This document shows, one piece after another, positions 47,376 to 56,522 of a stretch of DNA of 64,000 bases. The notes beneath the pieces are model-generated. The model did not search any database. It had not been told where the DNA came from and was given only the letters and a program-made list of their open reading frames with translations. The DNA is from a virus: positions 39,589 to 103,588 of the IMG/VR virus record IMGVR_UViG_3300035117_000094; one strand, written 5' to 3'. The position numbers and the translations under genes are program-made. How positions within the stretch are numbered: position 1 is the stretch's first letter; each line of letters begins with the position of its first letter.

Positions 47376-47680
47376 CGGATCTCCTCGGGGGGAAGCTCAG
47401 TCAGGGCCATGGTGACGGGCTGGGCAAGCGCTACGCCCCGGTGCTCGGCGCCCGCGCCGTCCCGGACGGTTATCATGCGCCGCGCGCCGTCAACAGGCAG
47501 GTACGAGTGCACGGTGACGTCCGCCCGGCCGTCCTCGTAGCGACGGAACTCTGCCTTGAACACGTACTTCAGCGGCCTGCCATCCGGGGCAAGGAACCGC
47601 TCGCACCACGCGGTCAGCTCACGCGATGGCAGCGCGCCCGCGCTGATGTCGAAGCCGAAGGTCTCGGCTACTCCATTCAT
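47372..47680 (-). CDS. hypothetical protein
   Basis: GAAAGG SD, overlaps. Confidence 0.55.
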   Translation of the reverse strand: MNGVAETFGFDISAGALPSRELTAWCERFLAPDGRPLKYVFKAEFRRYEDGRADVTVHSYLPVDGARRMITVRDGAGAEHRGVALAQPVTMALTELPPEEIR

Positions 47681-48750
47681 GCCTTTCCTCCCTGGAACTG
47701 CCATCCTACGGGGAACAGCGCCTTGTACGTGTCCTCCCATTCCCGCCAGTGGCCCTCGATCGTGTTAGCGCGGGCCGTCTCCAGCGCGGCGGCCTTCATG
47801 CTGAAGCGAAGTTCATCATCGCCGGCCAGCAGGCTCAGGTAATTAAGCCACTCATGCTCCCGCTTAACCAGGAAGCCGTTCTCGCCGTGGCGGATGAAGC
47901 GCCTGTACGGCTCCACGTCGCTCGCGATGACGACGGCGCCGCGCGCCATGTACTCCAGCGCCTTGACGGGGGACTTGGCCCGGTTGAACTCCGTGCCGGC
48001 CAGCGGGGCGATGCCGATGTCGAAGTCGATCGCGCGGTAGTAGAGCTTCGGCCGCATGCACACCGGCAGCCACGGGACGTGGAAGGTCCGGTCGAACGGC
48101 GTCCCGGCCTCGCGGCGGAAGTCCACGCCGTTCACCCAGCAGTGCCACTGCGGGAACCGCTTCATGAACCGCGCCAGCGAGTTGCCGGGCACCGCCAGGT
48201 CCTTCTTGTGCGAGCTGCCGCCGGCCCAGCCGACCCTGGGGTGGCCCTGCCGGTCGTCGCTGGCCAGTCCCAGCACCCACTCCGGGATGTAGTTGGGCAG
48301 CACCGTGACGGGCACGTGCGGGGACATCTCGCGGTGCAGGTCGCCGAGGTACGGCGTCGTCACGGTGATCAGCGAGGCCGTGTCGCAGTACCGCTGGACC
48401 GCCTCGCGGATGTCGCCGCCCTCCTCGTAATGCTTGTACGCCGGGTTGCTGGGGTCGATGTGCCACACGTCGTCGTCGTTCTCGTACACCGTGCGCCGCT
48501 GCGGCGTGACCATCCGCCGCCACATGCCCAGCCCCTTGTAGCTGTTGACCCGCTGGGCGAGGAAGACGTCCGCCCCCTCGGCCTGGCCCGGGGAAGTCAG
48601 CAGCGGGTCGCCGGTTATCTCGTCACCGGCCAGGGCTGAGCAGAACGAGACGCTGGTATCCTCGCTGTGCTCGTTAACGGCCTTCAGCGGGACGTAGACA
48701 CGGTACCAGGTGCACCCGGAGCCGCCGTCGTGGGCCGCAAGGATCTTCAC
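47677..48750 (-). CDS. GT-B (GT4-like) glycosyltransferase
   Basis: YENDDD, VGWAG, DIGIAPL...KSPVKALEYMARG...ASDV...NGFLV. Confidence 0.9.
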   Translation of the reverse strand: MKILAAHDGGSGCTWYRVYVPLKAVNEHSEDTSVSFCSALAGDEITGDPLLTSPGQAEGADVFLAQRVNSYKGLGMWRRMVTPQRRTVYENDDDVWHIDPSNPAYKHYEEGGDIREAVQRYCDTASLITVTTPYLGDLHREMSPHVPVTVLPNYIPEWVLGLASDDRQGHPRVGWAGGSSHKKDLAVPGNSLARFMKRFPQWHCWVNGVDFRREAGTPFDRTFHVPWLPVCMRPKLYYRAIDFDIGIAPLAGTEFNRAKSPVKALEYMARGAVVIASDVEPYRRFIRHGENGFLVKREHEWLNYLSLLAGDDELRFSMKAAALETARANTIEGHWREWEDTYKALFPVGWQFQGGKA

Positions 48751-48753
48751 ACG

Positions 48754-48779
48754 GGAATGCTACCCGACGACAGGTCGTT
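48754..48779 (+). promoter_or_regulatory. sigmaR/SigH-type promoter overlapping a divergent -10 box
   Basis: GGAAT-N18-GTT; minus-strand TAGCAT overlaps the -35. Confidence 0.7.
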
Positions 48780-48787
48780 ACCGGGAC

Positions 48788-49078
48788 ATGAGCATGAGCA
48801 CCTGCCCGCGCTGCGGGTACGAGGACCCGGACGCCCTCCGGGCGGGAGACACCCTGTACGGGTACTGCGGCGGCGAGTTCGGCCGGGACTCCTACGAGGA
48901 CAAGAAGGTGCTGGCCATCGGCGCTACCTGGGTCCTCGTGCAGTACGGCAGCGGGGCCACGGCCACCCGGGACGGCGACCCGCAGGAGCTGGCGCAGTAC
49001 CGGGTGAAGCGCTGCTGGTCATGCGATGAGCCAGTTCCTGCGGGCGGCGAGTGCCTGAACGGGTGCGACGGAGGGTAG
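48788..49078 (+). CDS. Cys-rich hypothetical protein
   Basis: CPRC...CWSC...C...C; follows promoter. Confidence 0.65.
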   Translation: MSMSTCPRCGYEDPDALRAGDTLYGYCGGEFGRDSYEDKKVLAIGATWVLVQYGSGATATRDGDPQELAQYRVKRCWSCDEPVPAGGECLNGCDGG

Positions 49079-49088
49079 GCTGGCCGTC

Positions 49089-49706
49089 ATGGAGATCATG
49101 ACCCTGGCGCAGCATCACGACGCGTGGCAGGCCCTCGTCGCCGGCCGGCTGTCCGGCCGTGCTGCCTGGCGCGGCGTAACCTGTCACCAGCACCCGGCTG
49201 ACCTGGCCCGCTGCGCGCGGCGCATCCGTGAGCTGAAGCCGCCGTGGCTGCTCCGGACCGCGATAGGCCGGGGCGGGACGATGGCGTTCCTCGCCGACAC
49301 GATGCGCAAGGTGAACCCGGAGAGCCGGTGCATGTTCGCGGACACTGAGCTGGAGCTGGTGAAGTGCCGCGTTAGCACGGGCACCCTGCCCGGCGCCGAG
49401 GTCTACATGGGCAGCACCGTCAGCCCCGTGCTTTTCCGGGAGTTCGCCAGGTTCGCGGGGGGCGAGCGCGGTATCGTCTTCCTCGGCGGTAACCGGGACG
49501 CGGGGCAGGTTACCGCCGAGCTGGACTTGTACGCGGCGCACGCGAGCTACCTGGTAGCAGAGGGCACTGCATGGGATAACCGCGTGACGGAGGCCCTCAG
49601 CACGTGGCTGGAGTCGCACCCTGAGTTCGCCGCCGACCCTGACCCGCAGCCGAGCCAGCACCCGGGCGGCTGGCTGCGACGGGTAAGCGACAGCGCGAGG
49701 GGCTAG
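49089..49706 (+). CDS. CmcI/rhamnosyl O-methyltransferase-like protein (divergent)
   Basis: WRGVTCHQHPADL...LKP..., YLVAEGT, HPGGWLRRV. Confidence 0.7.
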   Translation: MEIMTLAQHHDAWQALVAGRLSGRAAWRGVTCHQHPADLARCARRIRELKPPWLLRTAIGRGGTMAFLADTMRKVNPESRCMFADTELELVKCRVSTGTLPGAEVYMGSTVSPVLFREFARFAGGERGIVFLGGNRDAGQVTAELDLYAAHASYLVAEGTAWDNRVTEALSTWLESHPEFAADPDPQPSQHPGGWLRRVSDSARG

Positions 49707-49912
49707 GTCTGGCGCCAGGTCCCGGGGCCGTCAGGGAAACGCGAGACGGCTTCCAGGTCGTCGTGCTGGACAGGGCCGGAGCGCGCGTCCACCGACGCCC
49801 AGGGGCCGTAGCCCGTCTCCCTGTTGTGACGGCTGTCCGTGGCGCTGTAATGCGCCGTGTGCAGCTCGTGCCCGGGACCGGGGCGCCGGATGTGGCCTGC
49901 TACTTCAGCCAT
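49703..49912 (-). CDS. small virion-cluster protein
   Basis: Adjacent to upstream stop. Confidence 0.55.
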   Translation of the reverse strand: MAEVAGHIRRPGPGHELHTAHYSATDSRHNRETGYGPWASVDARSGPVQHDDLEAVSRFPDGPGTWRQT

Positions 49913-50206
49913 CTACTTCACCGTCTTCCACGCTGCCGCTGCCGGAGCGTAAGTCGTGTCCGAGCGGCTGGCCGTCCGCGCGGTCGTCGAGGAGCAGTCG
50001 TCGGCCTCCCCGGGCGTGAAGTCCAGGTCAGGGGAGACGTGCGGCTCGATGCTGATAGCCTGCGCGGAAAGCTCGGTCTGCTCCGACTCGGTGCCGGGGG
50101 CCTTGCCCCACGGGACCGCGTTGTCCACAGTGGCGCCAGCCGCCATGGACGCGCCGTAGCTAGGCCAACCCTTGCTCAGGTGCGATAGATCCTGGATCGG
50201 ACTCAC
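49913..50206 (-). CDS. small S/T/P-rich virion-cluster protein
   Basis: In capsid operon. Confidence 0.6.
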   Translation of the reverse strand: MSPIQDLSHLSKGWPSYGASMAAGATVDNAVPWGKAPGTESEQTELSAQAISIEPHVSPDLDFTPGEADDCSSTTARTASRSDTTYAPAAAAWKTVK

Positions 50207-50357
50207 CTCCGTCAGGTGCTGGTTCGGGCGTGTTGCCGGGCGTAGGGCTGAAGGAGTCCGGGATGGCCGCGACCGGGTCCTGGCGGCCGAACAGCGGGCC
50301 GAACCCGCCGACGTGCGCGCCCGGAACCGCCCACTTCACCCCGGATACGTCCTTCAT
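50160..50357 (-). CDS. small protein MKDVSG...
   Basis: In capsid operon; N-terminus shared with 20832. Confidence 0.55.
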   Translation of the reverse strand: MKDVSGVKWAVPGAHVGGFGPLFGRQDPVAAIPDSFSPTPGNTPEPAPDGGESDPGSIAPEQGLA

Positions 50358-50360
50358 GGC

Positions 50361-50882
50361 CTACAGGCCCTTCCCTGCGCCCCGGAGGCGCCCGTGGCCC
50401 AGGCCGCTGCTCGTCGGCCGGTTGCCCGCAAGTCCCGGAAGGGTCGGGCCGGTGGCGTACTTGGCCGACCCCTGGGTCCAGTCCTCGTCGCCGTCCACGT
50501 GCGCCTGCACGGTCACGTCCCGGTTGACGCCGCCGATGACCCCGAAGGGGTCGGTATAGGTGACGGACTCGCCGCCGCGAGCGGGCTGGGCGCCCGGGGT
50601 TCCGTCGAGCGTGGTCTGCGAGTGCTCGACCGTCTGCCCCGAGATGCCCTCGTAGGTCTGGTCGCTGACCTGGGTCACGTCGCCGGGGGTCCGCGAGCCG
50701 GCGGTGCCGGGAAGCCCGGTGCCCCCCAGGGCGGTATTCGCGCCGAAGATCGTGGCGGGCGTCGGGTCAGACGGAATGGTCGGCTCGGAGTTAACGCCCC
50801 GGCCGGAGTTCTTGCGAGCGGGAGCCTGCCGGGCAGGCTGGCCCATGCGCCCGGGGTTCTGCCCGTCCTGCACGGTTGCCAT
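50361..50882 (-). CDS. G/P/T-rich low-complexity virion-cluster protein
   Basis: GAAGGA SD. Confidence 0.7.
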   Translation of the reverse strand: MATVQDGQNPGRMGQPARQAPARKNSGRGVNSEPTIPSDPTPATIFGANTALGGTGLPGTAGSRTPGDVTQVSDQTYEGISGQTVEHSQTTLDGTPGAQPARGGESVTYTDPFGVIGGVNRDVTVQAHVDGDEDWTQGSAKYATGPTLPGLAGNRPTSSGLGHGRLRGAGKGL

Positions 50883-50952
50883 CGTGGTCGTTCCTTCCCT
50901 TGACAGGTGGTCCTACGACAAGCGTAGCTGAGGTGCCCGTGACGGGAAAGCT

Positions 50953-51336
50953 CTAAAGCCGCTCGCCGTACTTGGTCATGAGCTGGACCTTCGACATGTC
51001 CCCTGCCGCCTCCGCCGTAAGCTCCGGGTCCTGGTGCAGCGCCCACCGGACCCAGGCGGCCTTCGTCGCGTTGCCCCACGGGCGCTTCATCGGCTCGTCG
51101 TCTTCCGGCACCGCCGGCTGCTGCTCTCCGGGCAGGCTGCCCCCGGGCGGTACCTCGCCCATGTACCAGGACGGCGGCTCGGCGGGAAGCTCCGCGACCG
51201 GCTCGCCCTCGGTGATGACCGCGTTGCCGAGGCGGACGATGTCATCCGCGATATGGTCGGGAACGCCCGTGATCACCATGTCGCAGTCGGCGGGGAACGG
51301 CACCATGAACGCGCACGTTGTGCGGATAGTCTTCAC
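50953..51336 (-). CDS. capsid-adjacent protein with small C-terminal helical domain
   Basis: RPWGNATKAAWVRWA...MSKVQLM; AAGGA SD. Confidence 0.65.
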   Translation of the reverse strand: MKTIRTTCAFMVPFPADCDMVITGVPDHIADDIVRLGNAVITEGEPVAELPAEPPSWYMGEVPPGGSLPGEQQPAVPEDDEPMKRPWGNATKAAWVRWALHQDPELTAEAAGDMSKVQLMTKYGERL

Positions 51337-51361
51337 GCCTGGTCCTTTCAGGGGAAAGCAG

Positions 51362-51395
51362 GAGGCCCAGCACCAGGCTACCTGGTGCCGGGCCT
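51362..51395 (-). terminator. hairpin after major capsid gene
   Basis: GAGGCCCAGCACCAGG...CCTGGTGCCGGGCCTC. Confidence 0.7.
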
Positions 51396-51413
51396 CGCAG
51401 CCAGCCGTGGGGC

Positions 51414-52787
51414 TTAGGTCGCGCCGCCCTGGAACAGCATGACCGGCTGGGACCGGGTGATGTTCGTCGGGGGGTTGAGCAGGTTCGCGTCCACGCGGAT
51501 CACGGCCCGGAACGAGACCAGGTCGGTCCCGAACGCGAAGTCGTCGCTGCGCTCGAAGCGCATGTCGCCGACAAGCCGGATCGCGTACTGCGAGAAGTCG
51601 CCGAAGGCCACCGACTTGTTGCCCACGCCGATGAGCGGCATGAACGGGTCGGCCACGATCGGCTTGCCGAGCAGCAGGTCCGGGGCGCCGAGGATGGTGC
51701 TCGGCTCCCAGATCGGCCGGCCGACGTTGTCGGTCAGCAACCGGAGCTGGCCGAGCGACTGGTCAGCGGCCAGCCAGTAGCAGGAGCGGCTCTGGCGGTA
51801 GGGCGCGATCACCGAGTACTGCAAGGTGACCAGGTCCTGGTAGCGGGGGCCGCCCTCGACCACGCCGTTGGCCGACGCGGCAGTACCGGAGATCGCGGCG
51901 ACGCCGGTCACCGCGACGGGTGCCTGCGTCAGCAGCGGGCCGGTGATGCCGGACCCTCCGTTGACCAGGACGTTGCCGACGATGTTGCCGAGCGAGCGCC
52001 CGGCCGAGGTCGCCAGGTAGCCGAGCAGGTTGACGCCCGTGTCGTCCAGCAGCTCGCGCGGCACCTGAACCAGGATGCCGAACTTGTTGGCGGTCAGGGT
52101 CTTCTGCGAGAAGACCGGGTCCGCTGCCTGGAGAGGGGCCGCCTGCTGGGCGGACAGGTTGGCGTACTGGTTGGCGCCCGTGAGCTGCCCGGTGTGCAGC
52201 GACACGACCGGCATCTGGATCGGCTCGCCGCCCTGGGTGTTCAGGACGGTCGGCCCGGTCTGCATGATGCCGCTGACCTCGACCAGGTAGCTGATGATCT
52301 GGTCGTAGAAGTCGATCGGCACGATGCCGGCGCCGGACGGGTTGGTGAACGACCCCGGGGTGCCGCCCGGGATGTAGTTGTCCAGGATGGTCCGGACCTC
52401 GGTCGGGTTGACCGGGCGGCCACTGGACAGGCGCCGGATCAGGCGGGAGTCGGCGGCCGGGATCGCGAAGCCCTCAGACTCGCGCTTCCAGACCTTGCGG
52501 ACTTCCTCGTTAAAGCGCCGCTCGACGGGAACGGCGCCAGCGACAGGCGCCCGTGAGCCGAAGTCCGCGTAAGCGGTAGTGGCCGCAGCCATCCGCTTCT
52601 CGTCTTCCATGATCTCGCGCTTGCGCTTGTCAAGGCTGTCGATCTCGGTGTGGAGGTTGCCGTACCGGACCTGCTCGTCGGGGGTCAGGCTGCGGTTCTC
52701 CGCCACCTGGACCTCGTGGAGGGCCTTGACCTGCTCCCACAGACCGAGTTCCTGCTCGTGGAGTCGCCGGGCGACATCGAGTGCCAC
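51414..52787 (-). CDS. HK97-fold major capsid protein
   Basis: N-terminal delta-like domain, VPRELLDD, LLGKPI, FGDFSQY, FRAVIRVD. Confidence 0.95.
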   Translation of the reverse strand: MALDVARRLHEQELGLWEQVKALHEVQVAENRSLTPDEQVRYGNLHTEIDSLDKRKREIMEDEKRMAAATTAYADFGSRAPVAGAVPVERRFNEEVRKVWKRESEGFAIPAADSRLIRRLSSGRPVNPTEVRTILDNYIPGGTPGSFTNPSGAGIVPIDFYDQIISYLVEVSGIMQTGPTVLNTQGGEPIQMPVVSLHTGQLTGANQYANLSAQQAAPLQAADPVFSQKTLTANKFGILVQVPRELLDDTGVNLLGYLATSAGRSLGNIVGNVLVNGGSGITGPLLTQAPVAVTGVAAISGTAASANGVVEGGPRYQDLVTLQYSVIAPYRQSRSCYWLAADQSLGQLRLLTDNVGRPIWEPSTILGAPDLLLGKPIVADPFMPLIGVGNKSVAFGDFSQYAIRLVGDMRFERSDDFAFGTDLVSFRAVIRVDANLLNPPTNITRSQPVMLFQGGAT

Positions 52788-52818
52788 GGTGGATCCTTTC
52801 GATGAGGCATCTCGTCGC

Positions 52819-52853
52819 CGGCTCCATGCGAGCGGGTGCCCGCCGGCCTCGGC
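52819..52853 (-). promoter_or_regulatory. conserved structured leader motif (capsid copy)
   Basis: GCCGAGGCCGGCG-N15-GGAGCCG. Confidence 0.6.
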
Positions 52854-52931
52854 AGTCTTACACTCTCAAGAGTAGGAACAGCGTCACGCTAGGCATAGAG
52901 CCGCAATAAAGTTACCTGACCGAGATATGAG

Positions 52932-52966
52932 GAAGCCCCGTGACGGTGCTCCCGTCACGGGGCTTC
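52932..52966 (-). terminator. hairpin after protease gene
   Basis: GAAGCCCCGTGACGG...CCGTCACGGGGCTTC. Confidence 0.75.
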
Positions 52967-52973
52967 CAGTGTC

Positions 52974-54494
52974 CTACGCGCTCATCAGCTCGCGCTCGAA
53001 CTCCATCTGCCGCTGCCGCATCCGCGCGATGTCCAGCCCCATCTGCGCCGGGGTGATCCCGCGCTCAGCCGGGGCCGCCGGCTTGTGGCCGTCCTCGTGG
53101 CCGTAGGGCAGCGCGCACGGCTGGCCGCCCGCGTCCTGGTCGCAGGTCGTGCCGTCAGCGGCGCCCTCGATCTCGGCGCCGTCCCGCGTCTCTGCGCCCT
53201 CCTGGCCGCCGGCGTCGCGCGAACCGGAGATTCGCATCGGCTCGTGCTCGCCCTCGTGGCCCATCACGCGACTGCACGGCAGCCCGCCAGAGCGCATCCA
53301 GCATGCCGGGGCACAGCCGTCCTCGTCGTCATGCCCCTTCGGCCGGACGCACGGCTCGCCGCCCGTCCACATGCGGCACAGGTCGTCGTAGCCGGTCAGC
53401 GCCGCGCGCAGCTCGGCCTCGGCCGGCGCGACGCGCTCGGCCGTTCCGGTGCCGGGGTCTCCGGCGCCCGGGGAAGCCTCTTCCGCCGCCACGGCCGGGG
53501 CATCGTCGTCGAACCGCCAGTTGCGCAGCGCCACGGCGGTGTCGTCCATCATGCGGCCCTCGGCCGACGCGTGGTCCAGCACCGGGATGGCGGACGGCCG
53601 GTCGGTGCGCCGGAAGAACTTGACTGCCTGCCCGGCAGCGAGGTAACTGCGGGCCTCGTCAACGGGGACGTCCACCCACCGGGCCAGCGACTCGACGGCG
53701 CCGGTCATGGACCGGGCAGCGGCGCTGGTGTCGAAGTAAGCGGGGTCCAGCACGGGGGCCGTGTCCTTGACGTTCACCTTGCGCAGGCTCCGGAGCGGGA
53801 AGTCGCCTAGCGTGACGCCCCAGGAGTCATCCTCGCCGGGAACCTCGCAGACGAAGGCGAACGAGCTGTACCGCACGTCGCGCCGCTCGACCAGCTCCAG
53901 CACGTCGGCCCGGGTCTTCGGGGGGTCCACGTCGTAGTGCATGCCGCGCTCATCGACCTCGATGCGCAGCGTGCCGGCGTCCGTAGTGCCCAGGACCATG
54001 TCATCGCGGTGGTTGTACCGGCAGACCACGCCGGGGAAGCCCGCATCCCGGGAGGCGTCGAACGCCCGAGGCTCGATGACCTCCATGAAGCCGCCGAGGC
54101 GACGGGACAGCTTGCCGAACACCGCCGCGTAACCGGTGATGTGCGGGGTGCCGCCCCCTTCGACCATGCGGAACTCGGGGGCCTCCTTGATGAACCGGAC
54201 CTCGGGGAACAGGCTCTCCAGTGACCGGCCGGTCTCCGAGGACTCGTCGTGATCGACGCCGTGCGCCTTGGCCGCCGCCAGCACCTTCGCCTTGGCCTGG
54301 CTGCCGAAGCGCGTCCCCTGGGCGATCCGCGAGAGGGCGTTGCGGACGTGAGGCGCGTCGTGGACGGGATAGTGCCGCCACTTGTCCGGCGTCTTGCCGC
54401 CCACCTTCTCGCCCTCGTGCCCCGGCTCGATGTAAGCGAATGCGGAGTCTGGCAGCGCAGCGCGCCCCTTGCCGCTTAGTACCGCCACCGTCAT
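52974..54494 (-). CDS. HK97-family prohead protease with extra N- and C-terminal domains
   Basis: ITGYAAVF, YNH, SSFAF, PAY. Confidence 0.9.
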   Translation of the reverse strand: MTVAVLSGKGRAALPDSAFAYIEPGHEGEKVGGKTPDKWRHYPVHDAPHVRNALSRIAQGTRFGSQAKAKVLAAAKAHGVDHDESSETGRSLESLFPEVRFIKEAPEFRMVEGGGTPHITGYAAVFGKLSRRLGGFMEVIEPRAFDASRDAGFPGVVCRYNHRDDMVLGTTDAGTLRIEVDERGMHYDVDPPKTRADVLELVERRDVRYSSFAFVCEVPGEDDSWGVTLGDFPLRSLRKVNVKDTAPVLDPAYFDTSAAARSMTGAVESLARWVDVPVDEARSYLAAGQAVKFFRRTDRPSAIPVLDHASAEGRMMDDTAVALRNWRFDDDAPAVAAEEASPGAGDPGTGTAERVAPAEAELRAALTGYDDLCRMWTGGEPCVRPKGHDDEDGCAPACWMRSGGLPCSRVMGHEGEHEPMRISGSRDAGGQEGAETRDGAEIEGAADGTTCDQDAGGQPCALPYGHEDGHKPAAPAERGITPAQMGLDIARMRQRQMEFERELMSA

Positions 54495-54562
54495 TCCTTC
54501 CGTCAGCCTACGGCTATCGCTTTCCAGCGTAGGAACTAGTTACCCGTCGTGCAATGCCCTGC

Positions 54563-56200
54563 TCACGCGGAGAGCACGATCTCCTGCGCGTGGTTGCTGA
54601 CCCACGGCGCCAGCATGTCGCTCGCCGTGACCGTCCCGGCTTCCCGCCTGTCCTGCGCGAGCCGGGCAGCGCGCGTGAGGATGCTGATGTACGCCGCCCG
54701 GGCCGCCTCGCGCGCCTCGTACGGCGCTCCCATGTCCCGCTGCACGCTGATGAGCGAGGCCAGGAACGACGCCGGGTCCTGCGCGAGGGGAAGCGGAGCC
54801 GGGGGCTGCCCGATCGGCACGTCCTGGATCGTGGTCGCGCCGGTCGGCTTGCCCGTGACCGGGTCGGTGACAGGGACGGCCTGCTTGGCGAAGGTCTTCT
54901 CCAGCTTGATGAGCCGGTCGGTGGCCACGTCCATCTCCAGCACGACGGACTTCATCAGGGACTTGGGGATCGCGCCGGCGCGGGTGCCCAGGGCCTTCAG
55001 CAGCTCCAGCGCGATGCCCTCGGCGCCGATGCCGTCCGGGAGGGGCGCCAGGTCGTCCAGGGCGCGCAGCTCGTCGGCAGTGCGGAAGCCGATCTCCCGC
55101 TGGACCTGGTAGATCTGCATGCGGGTCTGGAGGTCCACCTTCAGCAGGGCGTCAGTGTAGAACGCGGTCTCCCGGTTGCGGGGGAGGATCAGGCTGAACG
55201 CCTGCTCGAACCTCACCAGCCACGGGCGCAGCGCCTCGATGATCTGGAGGGCGTCCTGGGCCTGCGAGCTGTAGTGCAGCGAGTCGCCCGAAAGGCCGCC
55301 GAGCCGGTTAGGGGGCAGCCCCAGCACGGAGGCAACCTGGGTGGCGGTGAGCTGCTGGGTCTCGATGAACTGCGCTTCGGCGGCCGGCACGGTGACGGGC
55401 TTGTAATCCCAGTCCCGGCCGTAGACCAGGGGCTGGCGGGCACGGAGCACCTTGACCAGCTCGGCGCGCATGTCCGCCGCCTGCTCCTTGTTGACCTCGA
55501 TCTCGGCGTTCTGGAACGTGCCGATCGCGAAGCCGCCGTTCTTGAACCAGTCGGAGCCGTACCGCTGGGCCTCATGGCCAGAGGACAGCACCAGGGCCAT
55601 CGCGCGGATAAGCGACAGCCCCTCCAGTCGGCCGGGAAGCCCGAACGCCTTAACGTGGAACAGCTCAGCGTCCGGCCCGTACCACGTGGCGTCCCGGCCG
55701 TAGACGAACACCTTGGCGTCCAGGGGGTTCATGGAGCGCTGGTCCCTGGCCTCCTGGACGAACACGTCCTCCGGGGGGATCCACTCGATGCCCGTAGGGT
55801 AGCCGAAGCCGTCCCGGCCGGTGATCCAGCCCCACGCGTTGCCCTGGAGGATGCAGGAGACCATGGCGCAGAAGATCCAGTCGAACTGCGTCCCGACGAG
55901 GGAGGGCCGGTCGAACATGGACGGGCCGGTGTACAGCTTGCGGGCCGGCATGCCGACAGCGTCGGTGTACTTCGCGTAGACCCGCAGCGGCAGGGACGCG
56001 GCGCTGTCGGCGAGCAGCTTGGCCCCCGCGTACAGGGCGGGCAGCCCGAGCGCGGCCTCCGGGGAGTTGTAGAAGCGGCTCGGGTGAGCGGGGCCGCCAA
56101 GGTCAAAGCGGAAGTAGGGGTTGTTCCACGGCATCCACGGGACGCCGCCGATGACACGCTGCTCCTCGCGAGCGGCGCGGATATTGTCCAGGTACCTCAC
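54563..56200 (-). CDS. HK97-family portal protein
   Basis: ASLPL, GNAW, GLS, AQFIET, GLPP, ELRALDDLAP. Confidence 0.93.
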   Translation of the reverse strand: MRYLDNIRAAREEQRVIGGVPWMPWNNPYFRFDLGGPAHPSRFYNSPEAALGLPALYAGAKLLADSAASLPLRVYAKYTDAVGMPARKLYTGPSMFDRPSLVGTQFDWIFCAMVSCILQGNAWGWITGRDGFGYPTGIEWIPPEDVFVQEARDQRSMNPLDAKVFVYGRDATWYGPDAELFHVKAFGLPGRLEGLSLIRAMALVLSSGHEAQRYGSDWFKNGGFAIGTFQNAEIEVNKEQAADMRAELVKVLRARQPLVYGRDWDYKPVTVPAAEAQFIETQQLTATQVASVLGLPPNRLGGLSGDSLHYSSQAQDALQIIEALRPWLVRFEQAFSLILPRNRETAFYTDALLKVDLQTRMQIYQVQREIGFRTADELRALDDLAPLPDGIGAEGIALELLKALGTRAGAIPKSLMKSVVLEMDVATDRLIKLEKTFAKQAVPVTDPVTGKPTGATTIQDVPIGQPPAPLPLAQDPASFLASLISVQRDMGAPYEAREAARAAYISILTRAARLAQDRREAGTVTASDMLAPWVSNHAQEIVLSA

Positions 56201-56261
56201 GGTACTACCGCCCTCGGCCTTGACACTCGGTACACGTCAAGTACCAGGATACGGGCGCCGC

Positions 56262-56522
56262 CTACTGCTGGCGAGGAGGTTCGGGCTGCTTCCGGCGCCG
56301 CTGCTCCGGGGGGATCTTCGCGCCGTTCCAGTAACCGACCCGGAATGCCACGGCGCAGAACGCCCCGAGGAACCAGGCACGGCCGATTACCCAGCCGAGC
56401 AGGCTGAAGACGCCGAGGAACGCGGCCAGCAGCATCTCGGCCGGCGAGGCGCTGGCGGCCAGGGCCGCTGCCTCGTCGCGAACGTCAGCGAGGGTCGGCC
56501 GCTCGGCCGTCATGGTGCTCAT
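56262..56522 (-). CDS. small membrane protein
   Basis: Hydrophobic core upstream of portal. Confidence 0.6.
   Translation of the reverse strand: MSTMTAERPTLADVRDEAAALAASASPAEMLLAAFLGVFSLLGWVIGRAWFLGAFCAVAFRVGYWNGAKIPPEQRRRKQPEPPRQQ

Noticed and set aside
43017-48750. DNA hypermodification pathway
   Set aside because: No hydroxymethylase, TET/JBP or clear DNA methyltransferase motif sets; located among late structural genes (not formally excluded)
39860-50882. Glycocin/RiPP cluster (small peptides, glycosyltransferases, C39-like peptidase)
   Set aside because: No ABC exporter or clear double-glycine leaders with Cys-rich cores; the virion-operon context fits better
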